A stretch of 64,000 nt of DNA from Felis catus (GCF_018350175.1 NC_058368.1:49911815-49975814), one strand, 5' to 3'; numbered from the stretch's first letter, positions 26,026 to 40,671 are shown. The notes: generated by a model not told the origin, from the sequence alone. Numbers and translations: made by a program.

Positions 26026-27534
26026 AGAAGATGAGGATTTATGAGGAAAACTGGATGTGGCTTAGTATGCTTCTGCCCAGATTCCATTGGCTACAACCCA
26101 GTCATGAGATCCTTACCTAATTGCAAAGGGAGGCTGGAAAATGCAGTCTGCCTGTGAGGGCAAACAGCGGAAATGAATGAGCATTCAACCACTTTTGCCA
26201 AATACCCCTTTACATACTCGTAACTTTATTTCAAACGGTTTATTTCTGGACTGACATTTCTGGACTATGAAATTGCTACATCGTGTGCATGATCACTTTG
26301 CAAAAGACCATAATAACTCCTATTTCTGTCAGCGGAGTAAAAATGCTCAGCACCATTCTTCCTGTTCTAAATCTCCCCTCTTAAAGTGCTAAAAGACTAG
26401 AAACTGAATTGACTAGATTCTTATGTCAACAGGGTCCTGGTTTACCTTCCACCAATGAGAGGCATTCTTGCTGTAACATTAGGAAGGGCAAAGAAAGCAA
26501 GCAGCTTTTATTTCATTGCACACGTGGACAGCAGAAATGGCACATGCACCGGCTTCCAAGTAATGTTCTGCATTGTGCAGTTTATTGGCAACGGTTTGGC
26601 CTGAAATTCCTGCACCACTGGATTTCTAGAAGCCAGGAGGAACTTCTACTGACTTGTTTCCTTAGTCTGATGGTTTAGGGAGCATATCATTTCTTATATA
26701 AAATCTCTTCCTACTTGAAATATTTAAAGTAATTTGTTTTCCAGACCAAGAAGTAACTTCTACATCAACCCAGCATGTCTTTTGTCTTTAATGACTTTTT
26801 TTTCCACATATAATTTTTTACTTCTTGTATTTTAGATGTATCTATGTTGTACATTATAGTTGTGGAGTTGTTTACCTTAGTTAACATAAATATTTTGTAA
26901 AACTTCTAAATTTTATAATTTAAAGTCATTTAATCTATCTGGAATTTACTTTTATCCACATTGTGACAGCTAGTATAATTTATTAAATAAATCACATTTT
27001 CCCATCCAACTGAAATACCATCCATGTCCCAAATGCCTTGATCGATTTCTAGGCCACCTAGTATATTCTAGTGGTGTAGTTGTTTATTCCTAAGCAATGC
27101 CATATAGTGCTGATTGCTTTGGCTTTATGAAATATTTTCACAACTGCTTTATAAATTTAAATTCAACAGAAATCATCTAACACAGTAATCTGTGCTACCA
27201 GGTTAACTCAGTTATATAAAGAGCTCAAAATAAAACTTATTTTTCTATCTCTGAGCATGTACTTGAACTTCCTATAAATGTTAATAACAAACGACTGTTT
27301 TAAGGCAGCAATGGTCATTCCTAACCTGATCTAAATGCCTGAGAGGGAGCAGGCTCACTATTCTCACCGATTGCTGTTATTATAAGTGAATACTGAAAAA
27401 CTGAATTTGAAATGTTATAATAATCAAATACTACCTTTTAAAAAATTTATACATATTTTATATATAGGACTCCATAAAAGATTTTGTTTATAAAATGGGT
27501 AGCATTATTAATAAAATTTAAAACTCTTGGTCTA

Positions 27535-27780
27535 GGGGCACCTGGGTGGCTCAGTCAGTTAAGTGTCCGACTTCAGCTTAGGTCATGATCTCACAGTCCA
27601 TGAGTTCGAGCCCTGCATCAGGCTCTGTGCTGACAGCTCGGAGCCTGGTGTCTGCTTCAGATTCTGTGTCTCCCTCTCTCTGACCCTCCTCCATTCATGT
27701 TCTGTCTCTCTCTGTCTCAAAAATAAAAAAATATCAAAAAAAAATTTAATAAATAAAAAATAAATAAATAAATAATAAAA
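27535..27780 (+). mobile_element. CAN-SINE
   Basis: TSD aaaact(c/a)ttggtcta. Confidence 0.9.
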
Positions 27781-27960
27781 CTATTGGTCTAATACATAAA
27801 CTTGTGTTGCCTTCAAAATCAATCATTTAACTCTGATTTTTTATTGAGATATAGTTTACAAAACAGAGTTTACCCTTTAAAGTGTTCAATTGAGTAGCTT
27901 TTAGTATATTCACAAAGTTTTGCATTGACCACCACTATCTAATTCCTGTTTGTGTGATTT

Positions 27961-27966
27961 TTTATT
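27961..27966 (-). other. Candidate poly(A) signal (AATAAA) of COMMD6
   Basis: tttatt on plus strand, ~135 nt downstream of the COMMD6 stop. Confidence 0.5.
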
Positions 27967-28099
27967 ATTAAAAAATAGAAAAACAAAAGTACAATTTTCA
28001 GTCAATAAATATCATTGGATCCATATACAGTTTGTTACAGAAAGTGAAGTCCACGATTTTAGAATGATGGCCATAACTTATCAACCAAGTAATCAGTTT

Positions 28100-28150
28100 T
28101 CACACAGTTTCAATAACTGCAGCAATTTCCTTGAACTGTCTGTAGAAATT
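28100..28150 (-). CDS. COMMD6: COMMD6 coding exon 4 (NFYRQFKEIAAVIETV*)
   Basis: ttttctctgcAG acceptor; translation matches the COMMD6 C-terminus; TGA at 28102-28100. Confidence 0.95.
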   Translation of the reverse strand, partial: NFYRQFKEIAAVIETV

Positions 28151-28379
28151 CTGCAGAGAAAAAAGGAAAATATTAACTTTGCTTTTAGAGGATAGGTTAA
28201 GTAGTTATTTTACTTATATCTGACCACTAGAGGCTATAGGACATATTAAGTTTGTATGTTAATGTCTATATCACAATTATTATTAGAAAGTTATACAAAA
28301 CAAACAAATGCAATTTGCAAATTGCAAGCAAAATTACTATTGTAGGGTTGGATAATTAGCTCATGATTAAACTTTTCAG

Positions 28380-29180
28380 AGGAGCACCTGGAAGGCTCAG
28401 TCAGTTAAGCGTCAGACTCTTGATTTTCAGCTCAGTTCATGATCTTAGGGTCATGAGATTGAGCCCCCCATTGGGCTCCATGCTGGGTATGGAGCCTGTT
28501 TACAATTCTCTCTCTCTCCCTCCACTGCTCATGCTCTCTCTCTAAAAAATAATAATAAATAATAAAAATAAAATAAAGCACAAAACAAAATTCTTTTGAG
28601 ATTATACCAGAAAGCGTTATTAAATACCCAACATTGTACTAGGCAATGAAGACAAAAACAAAAATGAGTTTGGGGGGCACCTAGCTGCCTCAGTCAGTAC
28701 AATATACAACTCCTGATCTCGGGGTTATGAGTCTGAGCCCCATATTGGGTGTAGAAATTATTTAAAAATAGAATCTTTGAAAAAAATGACAGTTTGGTTT
28801 CCAGGCTTCAAACCACTTTAAATTTAGTGAAAGACTGTATTTCAGAATGATAGGAGCTGCCTTGTTTAAGATATGGGTTTAGTTACAATAAGAGAAACCC
28901 AACAATGACAATGGTTTAAATGGTAGAAGTGTATTTCCCTTTCATTTAAAAATTAAGATGGTGGGGCGCCTGGGTGGCTCAGTTGGTTGAGCGTCCAACT
29001 TCGGCTCAGGTCACGATCTCACCACTCGTGAGTTCGAGCCCCGTGTCAGGCTCTGTACTGACAGCTCGGAGCCTGAAGCCTGCTTCGGATTCTGTGTCTC
29101 CCTCTCTCTCTCTGCCCCTAACCCACTCACATTCTGTCTCTGTCTCTCTCAAAAATAAATTAACATTAAAAAAAATTAAA
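28380..29180 (+). mobile_element. Three CAN-SINEs in COMMD6 intron 3 (~28380-28575, ~28674-28775, ~28963-29180)
   Basis: Repeated ggggc(a/g)cctgg heads and A-rich tails. Confidence 0.85.
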
Positions 29181-29958
29181 AATTAAGCTGGCATGGTTGT
29201 TCTCCCATAAAAGTCATCTTTTTTTTCCATCTCCCAAATCTCCAATAAGAGAGGGAGCAAGCAAATTCTTTTCCTTTCTTCTCCTCTACCCACCAGGAAG
29301 CTAAGAGGCAAATTTGAAACTTAACCTCATCAATTAGGATACTCTCTAATGACTTACATATTTTCATTTTCCTTCTTATTTGGTCTTAATTCTCTATTTT
29401 ACTACTTAAGAGTATATATATTTCGTTTTAATTTATATGTAAACTCATTATGGAAAGAAGTTGGATGTCACTATTTCCTTTTTTTTTTTTAAGTTTATTT
29501 ATTTATTTTGAGAGAGGAAGAGAGAGAGAGTGCAAGTGGGGAAGGGGCAGAGAGAGAGAGGGAGAAAGAGAATCCCAAGTAGGCATGAAGCCTATTTCAA
29601 AGTTAAGATTCATTTAGCTTATCATTCTTGAAATTAAGCCTAAAAAGAATAAGAATAAAACAGTTAAATGCAAAGTAAGTATCCTACCAGAGAAGACGAA
29701 AACGTCCTAAATATATTCACAGAGGAGCACTGTGAAAGTGATCAAATGTGACGGTACACAAATTCAGCATTATATTGAAAGTACTGAAATTTATCAAGTT
29801 CCCAAAGAAAAAAAATTTAGATCTTTTGTGTGTACTAATAAATACACATCAAAACAACTGCAAATACAAACAATTAAAATTTTCCCTCAAGAAAGATTGC
29901 ATGTTTAAGTAGCAATTACAGAATCAGGAACTACAATTGAATGAGTGAAATCACAAAC

Positions 29959-30111
29959 CTGAAACTGTGGAATGGTCATTTCAAAGGACTTGTTCTTCAC
30001 TTGGCCTGAATGATCCATCACCTTCAGCAACACTGCAACGTAAGGATACTTGAGAGATCTGCAACTGTCTGAGCTCACTGCCATCCCCAGTTTCCACTGA
30101 AAATCTACAAG
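29959..30111 (-). CDS. COMMD6: COMMD6 coding exon 3 (COMM domain)
   Basis: ttacAG|LVDFQWKLGMAVSSDSCRSLKYPYVAVLLKVMDHSGQVKNKSFEMTIPQFQ|GTTTGT; 153 nt, phase 0. Confidence 0.97.
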
Positions 30112-31102
30112 CTGTAATGAAACATTACAGAACAATACATTGGTAATAAATAACAATGCCATGAATGCAGATATTTATTCAGTTTTACTGCTCTCACATT
30201 GAACTTTTAGTTTCAATGCTGGTCAGAGAAAAAGAAAATACCTTCATTTAATACTGTTATGGGAACAATAATCAAATGAAAATGGAGAGAGGCAATAAGG
30301 GATATAAAGAGCTGGAAAACAATACTGTCATAATTACAACAGTAAACACACACACGCACACACACACACAAATCTTCACCAGGTATAAAATGGAGGTAGA
30401 AGGAAGATGTGGTATTCCTAGGTTTCCTTTCATTTTGCTCTGGCGTTTAAGGGGACTCCCAATGCCTTGTGGCCTCTCTTACCTTACTTTCCTGTTCCAC
30501 ATATGCTTTCTCCCATCCCACAACCCAAAAGTCCTGAAGTGGAAGGTGAATTAAATACCATCTCCTTATGTGACTGAGACTCACATGGGAATCATTCCAG
30601 TTTCCTTCTTCATGAGGATCCTCAGCCTAAAGCCTTACACTGACATAAACACTGGGTGATAAGGTGGTTTTAGATTTCATCACTGAGGATGATGAACACT
30701 TGCCAGGTGAGGTCCTATGTAGTTTACATGTATTCAATGCCTCACTGAATCATCATAACATCATAGGCTATTATTTCTATTTTGCAGATGACAAAACTGA
30801 ATTTCAGAGAGCTTAGATAACGTGTGCAAGGTCACACATTTCTGTGATCAGAACTGAAACCAAAGTCTGTTTGACTCCAAAGATTACTGCTTATTGACTA
30901 CTAGCTGTCTTTGCTTTTAATCTATTTTCTATCAATGACTGCTCAGTGTTGCTGTGGCATAAAACAAGATTGGATAAATGCAGCTCTTAAAACTGACTCT
31001 AAAACAGCAGACTGTGAGTAGAGGAATTCTGTTTCTTGTTTTCAAAGCTTAGACAAGTAAATGATACACAGCAGGCACTCACAAAAAATACTTGTTGACT
31101 AC

Positions 31103-31320
31103 TTTTTTTGAGAGAGAGAGAAGGCAAGTATGCATGTGCACATGAACAAGCACTCGTGTCGGCGGGGGGAGGGGCAAAGGAAGAGGCAAACAGAGACTCT
31201 TCAGCAGGCTCCGCGCACAGCACAGAGCCTGATGCGGGGCTCAGTCTCATGACTGTGAGATCATGACCTGTGCCGAAATCAAGAGTTGGATGCTTAACCA
31301 ACTAAGCCACCCAGGTAACC
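31103..31320 (-). mobile_element. CAN-SINE
   Basis: SINE body with degenerate TSD. Confidence 0.85.
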
Positions 31321-31409
31321 CTTGAATGATACTTTTTGCTACCAAATTAATGCTGATAGGACAAAAAGCTTTCCTTGTTAATAAATCTCTTTTTATAAAA
31401 TTTGGGATC

Positions 31410-34400
31410 TTTTATAAACAAGATTTATCTGTATACCGCCTAGACGAGACATGCTCCAGAGGTAAGAAGGCAAACAGAGTGAAAATGAAGGATGGAAAAA
31501 GAATTTCCATGCAGATAGAAACCAAAGAAAGCTGAGGTAGCTATGCTTAATACCAGACAAATAGACTTTAAAACAAAGACTGTAATAAGAAACAAAAAGG
31601 AAGTTACATAATGATAAAGCAGTCAATCCAACAAGAAGATATAACGTGTAAATATTTATGCATCCAACATAGGAATACTAGATATACAGTGCAAATATTA
31701 ACAGACCTAGAAGGAGAAACAGACAGCAATATGATAGTAGGAGACTTTAATACCCTTCTTATATCAATGGATAGAACATCCAAATGGAAAATCAATAAAG
31801 AAACATCAGCTTTAAATAACACGTTAGCCCAAATGGACTTAACAGTTATTTACAGAACATTCCATCCAAAGGCAACAGAATACATATTCTTCTCAAGTGC
31901 ACATGGAACATTTGCTAGGATCGATATCCTCTGAGGCATTTCTTCCAACCACAATGGTATGAAACTAGACATCAATTACAAGAAAAAATCTAGAATATCC
32001 ACAAATATGTGGAGACATAACAACATGCTACTAAATAATCAACGGGTCAAAGAAGAAATGAAAAGAGAAATCTAAAAAAATACCTTGAGACAAAGCAAAA
32101 TGCAAATGTAGCATGCCAAATTGTGTGGGATGCAGCAAAAGCAGTTCTAAAATAGAAGTTCATGGTGATAAATGCCTACATCAAGAAACAAGAAAAATCT
32201 CAAATAAATAAGCTAACTTTACACTTCAAGAAAACAGAAAAGGAACAGAGATGCCCACAGTCAGCAGAAGAAAGGATATAACAAAGATTAGAGTAGAAAT
32301 AAATGAAATAGAGACTAAAAAGACAATAGAAAATATGAAGAAAACTAAAAACTGGTTCTGCAAAAGACAAAATTGAGCATTTTAACTTAAAGATTAAACA
32401 AAAATTAAGGCTTTAGCTAGACTTACCAAGAAAAAAGAGGAAAATAAAATCCAAAATGAAAGAGGAGATGTTATAAGTGATTCCACAGAAATACATAGGA
32501 TCATAAGATACCACTGTAAACACTTACATACCAACAAATTGAACAACCTAGAAGAAATGGAAAAATTCCTAGCAACATACAAACCACCAAGCATGAATCA
32601 TGATGAATTAGGAAATATGAACAGACCAACTACTAGCAAGGAGAGTGAATCAGTAATCAAAGACTTCGCAACGAACAGAAGTCAGAGACCAGATGGCTTC
32701 ACTGATGAATTCTACCAAACATTAAAACAAGAATTAATATGAATCCTTCTCAAACTTGCCACAAAACAAGCAAAACAAAACAAAAAACCAGGGAGAACTT
32801 TTCCAAATAAACTTATGAAGCCAACATTACCCTGATACTAAAAGGAGACAGGTAAGCCACAAGAACAGAAAATTACAGGCCAATATTCGTGATGCACATA
32901 AATGCAAAATTCTCAAAAAAAATTAGCAAACTGAATTCAACAGTATATTAATAGGACCATATACCATGATCAAATCAGTTATTCCAGGGATGCAAGGTTG
33001 GTTCAACATCTATAAATCAGTCAATGTGATACACATTTTAAAAAAATAATAAAAAATAAATAAATAAAATAAAAAGATAAAAGATAAAAATCATATATAA
33101 TCATCTCAATAGAAGCAGAAAAAAGCATCTGACAAACTTCAATATCCATACATAAAAAACAACAACCTCTCAACAAAGCAGCTATAGAGGGAATATACCT
33201 TAACATAATAAAGGCTATATATATGTATATGTGTGTGTGTGTATATATATATATATACGTATATATATGTATATATATATGACAAATATATGACAAGCTT
33301 ACAACTAACATGATACTCAATAATGAAAAGCTAAAAGCTTTTCCTTTCAGATCAGGAACATGAAGATGATGTCCACCCTCACCAATTTTATTCAACATAG
33401 AATCAGAAGTCCTAGTCAGAGCAATTAGGCAAGAAAAACAAGTAAAAGGCATCCAAACTGGAGGGAAAGAAGTAAAACTGTCACTATTTGCAGATGACAT
33501 ACAAAGGAAACCTTAAGGATTTCATTAAGAAAGAATAAATAAAAAATAAAAATTAAAAAAAAACTGGTAGAACTAATAAATTCAATAAAGTTGTAGGGTA
33601 TAAAAGGAATACATAAAAATCTGTTGCATTTTTATGCACTAATAATGAACTATCTGAAAGAGAAATGTTTTCTCAATTTCTCTTTCAGATAGCTCATTAC
33701 AAAATAATACCATTTATGATTGCATCAAAAAGAATAAAATACCTAGGAATAAATTTAACCAAGGAGGTGAAAGACCTATACACTGAAAACTACAAGACAT
33801 TAATGAAAGAAATTGAAGACACAAATAAATGGAAAGATATCCTGTGCTCATGGATTGGAAGAATTAATGTTGTCCTTACTACCCAAAGCAATCTACAGAT
33901 TCAATGCAATCCCTATCAAAATCCCAATGATAATTTTCACAGAAATAGAAAAAACTCCTAAAATAAGTATGAAAGCACAGAAGACCCCAAAGAGCCAAAG
34001 CAATTTTAGAAAGAACAAAGCTGGAGGCATCACACTTTCTGGTTTCAAACTGTATTACAAAGGTATAGTAGTTTTAAAAGTACGGTATTGGCATGAAAAA
34101 AGACACACAGGTCAAATGCAACATAATCGAGAGCTCACAGAAATAAACCCATGCATATAAGGTTATTTAGCTTATGACAAAAGAGGTAAGAATATACAGC
34201 AGTGAAAGGACAGTATCTTCAATAAATAATACTGGGAAAACTGAACAGCCACATGCAAAAGAAGGAAACTTGACCACTATCTTATACCATACATAAAAAT
34301 CTACTCAAAATGGTTAACGACTTGAAAGTAAGACCTGAAACCATAAAATTCCTAGAAGAAAATGTAGGCAGTAAGCTCCCTGACACAGAAGTCTTGGCGA

Positions 34401-35005
34401 TGATTTTTTGAGTTTGACACCGAAAGCAAAAGCAGCAAAAGCAAAAGTATACAAGTGGGACTACATTAAATTAAAAAGCTTCCGCACAGCAAAGGAAACC
34501 ACCGGCAAAATGAAAAGGTGGGGTGCCTGGCTGGCTCAGTCACTTGAGTGCTGGACATCAGGTCAGGTTATGATCTCATGGTTCCTCGGTTCAAGCCCTG
34601 CATTGGGCTCCCACTGACAGTGCCGAACCTGCTTGGGATTTCTCTATCTGCCCCTCTCCCACTCTCTCTCTCTCAATAAATAAATAAACTAGCAAACAAA
34701 CCTTACCAAAAAGGCAACCTACTGAATGGGAGAATATAACTGCAAATCATAAATGACAAGGGGTTAATATCCAAAAAATGTAAAGAACTCATACAACTCC
34801 ATACAAACAAACAAAAATCGGACTTAAAAATGAGCAGAAGCGGGGGTGCCTGGGTGGCTCAGTCAATTGAATGACCGACTCTTGGTTTTGGCTCAAGTCA
34901 TGATCTCACAGTTTATAGATTTGAGCCCCACGTCGGGCTCTGCTGTCAGTGTACAGCCTGCTCAGAATTCTCTCTCTCCATCTCTCTCTGCCCCTTGCCT
35001 GCTCA

Positions 35006-35061
<56 letters not shown>

Positions 35062-35790
35062 AATAAACTTAAAAAAAAAAATGAGAACACTAAATAGACA
35101 TTGTCCCAAAAAAAGACACCTAAATCTCCAACAGGTACATGAAAAGATGCTCAACATCATTAATCATCAGGGAAATATGTGTCAAAATCATAATATCACC
35201 CCACACCTGTCAGAAATGCTATTATAAAAAAAAACAAGAAATAAGCATTTATGAGAATGTAGAGAAAAGGGAACCCTCATGCACTGTTGGTAGGAATAAA
35301 GATTGGTGCAGCCACCATGAAAAACAGTATGAAGCTTCCTCAAAAAATTAAAAATATAACTGCCAAATGATCTAGCATTCCCACTTCTGGGTAGTTATCT
35401 GAAGAAAATGAAAACACTAATTCAAAAAGATATCTGCATTCCCATGTTCATTGTAGCATTGTTACACTAACCAAGATATGGAAACAACCTAAGTGTCCAT
35501 CAGTGGATGAATGGATAAGGAAAATGTAGTATATACGAACAACGGAATATTATTCAGCCATAAAAAAGAATATGCAACAACATAGCTAGACCTTGAGAAC
35601 ATTATGCTAAGTGAAAAAGAACAGAAAAAGACAAATACCGTATGATCTCTTACATGTGGAATCTACAAAAGAAAACTAAGCACATAAAACAGAGCAGGCT
35701 GGTGGTTGCAAGAGGGGGTTGGGGGAGTGGGAGAAATGGGTGAACTTTTTTATTAGTTTAAATAAACTGAACTTTTAAAAATTTAAATTT
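31410..35790 (+). mobile_element. ~4.4 kb degraded L1 (ORF2 endonuclease to 3' UTR) in COMMD6 intron 2, with SINEs at ~34519-34690 and ~34842-35080
   Basis: [98 protein letters not shown]; many stops and frameshifts. Confidence 0.95.
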
Positions 35791-35959
35791 AAAATTAAAG
35801 GAGGGATTGGTGGAGACCAAAATTTTCTCCCATCTCAGAGGCACTTTGGGCTACTCTGTTAATATAATAAAGCCAGGCTAGTGCTATAGAAGGTTAACAT
35901 CTTTAATAGGTACAAAGATTGTGTAATTCCATTTTAAATAAAAGTTTTCTATGTAAAAA

Positions 35960-36720
35960 TAAAGAAGATAACAGAAGAACTACAAATGGTTAAAAAACTT
36001 ATGGAAAGGTACTCACCTTCATTAGGAAACAGAGAAATGCAAATTTGAACCACAATAAGATACCACCACACACCTACCAAAATGGCAAAATCTTTAATCT
36101 GCCAATTCCAAGTACTGGCAATGAAGTATGTGTCACATGCTATCGATGGAAGTCTAAATTGGGCTAATGTTTTGGAGTATTGGTTTTATCTAGTAAAACC
36201 AAAGTTACGTATACCTCTGATCCAGCAACTCAATTACTAGAGATATATCCTAGAAAAACTTGTGCATATGTACACACAATACATGTATGTTCTGAGCAAC
36301 TATATCCCTAATAGCCCTAAACTGAAACCACCCAAATATTCATCAGTAGTAAGATGGATAAATGAAGTATGTGCAGCAATGAACTTCAGCTACACTTAAC
36401 ACCAAAAATGTTGAAAGAAACGAAGTCAAAAGTTATGTGATTCCATTCACTTAAACTTGAGAAATAGGAAGTATAATAGTAAGGTTGCATACACAGGTGG
36501 GAAAACTATACATAAAGGTCAGAACATGATTATCACAAAAGGATCATCATTACCTCTAGGGAGGAGGGAAGGGAGGGGTTTGATTGGGGAAGGGCATGTG
36601 GTGGGTTTTTGGGATACTGGTAATGCTCCATTTCTTGAATTTGATTGTGGTTACAAAGGTGTTCACTTTAAAATTATTCATTAAGCTGTCCACGATAATG
36701 CACTTTTTTTGCCTATGCTA
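35960..36720 (+). mobile_element. Ancient L1ME-like 3' end
   Basis: gaaatgcaaatttgaaccacaataagataccacc motif and a G-rich 3' UTR. Confidence 0.65.
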
Positions 36721-37007
36721 TCTTGTAGGTATCAGGTGTGGGAAGTGAATATAAATCAGTGAGTTTCACATTTCTGGTTGAAAGGAAAATTTTATTGTAC
36801 AATACAGTGACCAAGGGAATGCTTTACAGAGGGCATAAGCTTTCAGCTCAGTTTTGAAGATTAAATACAACTGAATATGAGAGGAAAATGTGTTTTCTTT
36901 ATATATTCCATAAATATACATGTAACAAAAAAAATAAATGTTTAATAATATTTAGCTGAACCAACTAGAGATGGAGATAGTCAGTATCTGGTATAAGAGA
37001 GAGCACT

Positions 37008-37204
37008 GGGCGCCTGGGTGGCTCAGTCGGTTAAGCGTCTTAACTTCGGCTCAGGTCATGATCTCACAGTTCGTGAGTTCAAGCCCCACATCAGGCTCTG
37101 TGCTGACAGCTCGGAGCCCAGAGCCTGCTTCAAGTTCTATTTCTCCCTCTCTGCCCCTTCCTCTCTCATGCTCTGCCTCTTTCTCTCAAAAATAAATAAA
37201 AATT

Positions 37205-37247
<43 letters not shown>
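37008..37247 (+). mobile_element. CAN-SINE followed by (GA)n
   Basis: SINE body; (GA)n expanded within the [15 protein letters not shown] TSD. Confidence 0.9.
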
Positions 37248-37251
<4 letters not shown>

Positions 37252-38171
37252 ATTTACGTGCCTTACAGGGGAAGGCTCCTATAAGTATGGAATATAAAGC
37301 TGACAAAAGAAGTCAAGAAGCCAATAAATCTTTTCGAATTCTGAGTTTTCAAAGGTTTTCAAAGTATTCTCGAATACTTGATCTCATAGGAAATATATCA
37401 TATTAAGTCATTTAAATGTTTCCTGTATGCAGAGGGGACTCACTGAAACTTTTCAGTAAAAGGAATGATATGAAAGTATTGATTAAAAAACATTCATCTG
37501 GTGGCAGCAGAATACAATAATCCAGGTGCCTGATTATTTTAAGTGCCTGAACTGAGGTGGTAAAGGTAGGGTTAAGCTGATCCTTAAAGAATGAATCAGT
37601 AGGCCTTGATTATTTTCCTCATAATTATGGGAGAGATCCAAGACAACTATGAAAATCCGAGTGCGGATGATGAGAATTCTGATATCATGTATCAATTAGG
37701 ACTCTATATATCCAGTCCAAAGGTATTATCAAGTGGTGATAGAGGATATTTAAATAGCAATGTTCAGTAAGTGGCTAAAAATCCAGGAACAGAATTTGAG
37801 TTCATGATTAGACATACAGTTTTTATATTAGATCAATGGTGATACTCATTCTTAAACTTATTCAGCCTGTACAATTCCTTGTTGCTTTCCTGTATACAGG
37901 AAAATGGTACAGAAAATCATTACCTATTTGACTTTGTCTGAAATAAAACTCTGGATTATTTAGACCATTTCAAACCAAAAAGCAATTAAGAAATACAATG
38001 TTGGAATCCACTGATCATTGCAACGGTGGAATGGGCAGGTGAGGAAATATGAAGAACTTACTGTGCAAAATGAGTATTCCTAAATAAAAAAAAGCTGGGG
38101 TTAGGTTTATGAGATGAGAATTTTTCAAATCGTAACCTGAACATTTAAGTGCAAATTAAAAGCAAATTATA

Positions 38172-38395
38172 GGGGCGCCTGGATGGCTCAGTTGGTTAAG
38201 CATCCAACTTCGGCTCAGGTCATGATCTCACAATTCATGAGTTTGGGCCCTGTGTCGGGCTCTGTGCTGACAGCAGCCTGGAGCCTGCTTTAGATTCTGT
38301 GTTTCCCTCTCTCCCTGCCCCTCCCCTGCTCATGCTCTGTCTCTCTCTCTCTCTCTCTCTCAAAAATGAATAAATGTAAACAAAAAAAAAATTTT
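38172..38395 (+). mobile_element. CAN-SINE
   Basis: Head, CT tract and tail. Confidence 0.9.
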
Positions 38396-39260
38396 AAAGC
38401 AAACCTTCTAATAAATGTGGTTTAGCCTTAAATAGGAATTAACTGTATCAAGGATTTTAATAAGAAAAGAACAAAAGAGAAAAATCAGAACAGAACATGC
38501 TTCCATTAGGGAGAATATTAAGAATGAAGTAATATAGCCCAAAAACTCTTGTAGAATTACGAACGTGAATTAAAAATGAAAATGTACAAACTAGTACATG
38601 AGTAGTGAAAAAAATATGAGAACATCCCAAAGTAAAATGAATACAAAGAAAAAAAAATCACAAAACAAATATAGATATTGAAAGATAAACGAAGACATTA
38701 GCTGTAGTCAGTCACACTTAAAATTGATATGGTAGCTGCAATTACTTACACAAAACATCATAGAAAAATTGTCCATAAAGAAAAAATATCGATAAAGACC
38801 ACTTCGGTTTAAATTTAATTTTTATTTTGTCAAAATACGACATAAAATACTAGAAAAACAATCATGTATAACTCCATCCTAGAAACTATTTTCTTATTCC
38901 TGTATCCCCATTTCTAGTCCTCATATGTAATTTTTACAGAGTCATAAAATACACACTTCTATGGCCTCTCCTTTTTTAAGTGAAAGTTTGCCAAAGGAAG
39001 GAATGCTAACTATTCTGCACACATTAATCTCTCTCAAAAGTATTGAAAGCAAAAGACTGGTCAAACAACTCATCCAATGATCTCAAACTAATATAGCTGT
39101 TATTCCAACCCTAATTTGTCTGATGCCATATTCTATCCAGTTTTCATTATGCCTAGCTGCAACATGATTACTATCTGGAATTAAATTAAGTTGTAGTAGG
39201 TCAAGAAAGTAAATTGGTCTAGGGTGGCATGAAAACATTTGTCACCTTCTAAATGCTAAA

Positions 39261-39459
39261 CCTGAGCTGTCCAATACAGCAGGCATTAGCCAAATGTGAC
39301 TATTTAAATTAATAAAATAAAAATCGTTTTCAGTTCCTCAGTTGTGCTAGCCACATAGCAAGTGCTCCACGGCCACATATGGCTACTGCTCCCATACTGG
39401 ACAGTGCCAACCAACACAGAACATTTCTGCCATCATAGAAGTTCTATTGGACAGCGCTA
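39261..39459 (-). mobile_element. MER3-like hAT-Charlie MITE
   Basis: Terminal inverted repeats gctgtccaata ... tattggacagc. Confidence 0.8.
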
Positions 39460-39594
39460 TGCCACACCCTGTGTTTACATGTGTAAAGTGATTAAGGCAG
39501 GAGTTATTAGCAAATTTCTACTTAAGAATTCATATTACTCTAGTCCAAGTATACATTTTCCAAGTCATTAGTCTTCCTCATTTTCTTAAAGGAT

Positions 39595-39618
39595 TTTTTT
39601 TAAGTTTATTTGTTTATT

Positions 39619-39658
<40 letters not shown>

Positions 39659-39840
39659 ATACACACAAGCGGAGGGAGGGACAGAGAGAGGAGAGCGAGA
39701 ATCCCAAGTGGGGATTTGGTTGCAGTGACAGCGCATAGCCTGAACCTGAACTGGGGCTGGATCTCACAAACTGGGAGGTCATGACATGAGCTGAAATCAA
39801 GAGTCTGACGCTTAACCGACTAAGCCACCCAGGCTCCCCC
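39595..39840 (-). mobile_element. CAN-SINE
   Basis: TSD cttcctcat(t/c)tt. Confidence 0.88.
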
Positions 39841-40084
39841 TTCCTCATCTTGTTTACAGGCACCTTCACCCATACTCCTTTTAATGTTCTCAGTAGCACT
39901 CATCATTATCTGAAATTATCACATTTCCTTATTTATCACCTGTCTCCCCAAAAAATGCAAACTTCCTAAGAGAAAGAACATTATCCATCTAGTTTACTAC
40001 TGAATCTACTAGAACAGTATGTGGTACAAAGTGAATGTTCAAATAAGTATTTGTTGAACTAATATGTTTGGAAATGCTCAGGCA

Positions 40085-40595
40085 TGTGGTAACTGGTCTC
40101 TAAAGATGGCTTCCAACAATTAGTGTCACCCCTCCCTGTACGTACATGTCATTCCTCATATTAAGTGGAGCTTATTCTCCCCCTGCAGCCATCTGAGTTG
40201 TCCCTGTGATTGCTTTAAGCAACAGAATATGACAGAAGAGGCTTTCTGGAATCTTTGAGCCTAGACCTTAGGAGAACTGAAAGTGTCTGCCTCCTTCTTC
40301 ATGGAAGGCTGGCTCTTGGGCCTCTCCCTCTTGGAACCCAGCTACCCTAATTTGAGCAGCCATGTAGGAAGAATCAAGTCACTCCAATTATTAGCTCTGG
40401 CTGAGCTCTTAGCCGAAGTTATCACTAGCCATGTGAGCCCCCTTCGTTTCTGGCTCAATCACACTCCTAAATGACGGGGAGTAGAAGCTAGCTAAGTCCA
40501 GGTAACCCCCAGAGTCTTGGAAGATCATTAAACTGTTGTTTCAAGTCACTGAGTTTTCGGTAGTTTGTTACACAGCAATGATAACTAAAGCAGTG
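40085..40595 (+). mobile_element. MLT1-like MaLR LTR
   Basis: tgtggt...aagatggcttccaa start; tagtttgttacacagcaatgataactaaagca end. Confidence 0.65.
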
Positions 40596-40671
40596 TAAAC
40601 ATAATCAGCTGAGAATAACTTTGTCAATAAACTTAACATTTATTCGTTAATGACATCGAAAATTCATTCTC

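Noticed and set aside
29905..30162. 85-aa single-exon ORF as a complete COMMD6
   Set aside because: The flanks are intronic read-through; good splice sites bound 30111-29959 and the real exons exist elsewhere
31410..35790. Potentially active L1
   Set aside because: No 5' UTR or ORF1, many stops and frameshifts, and SINE insertions
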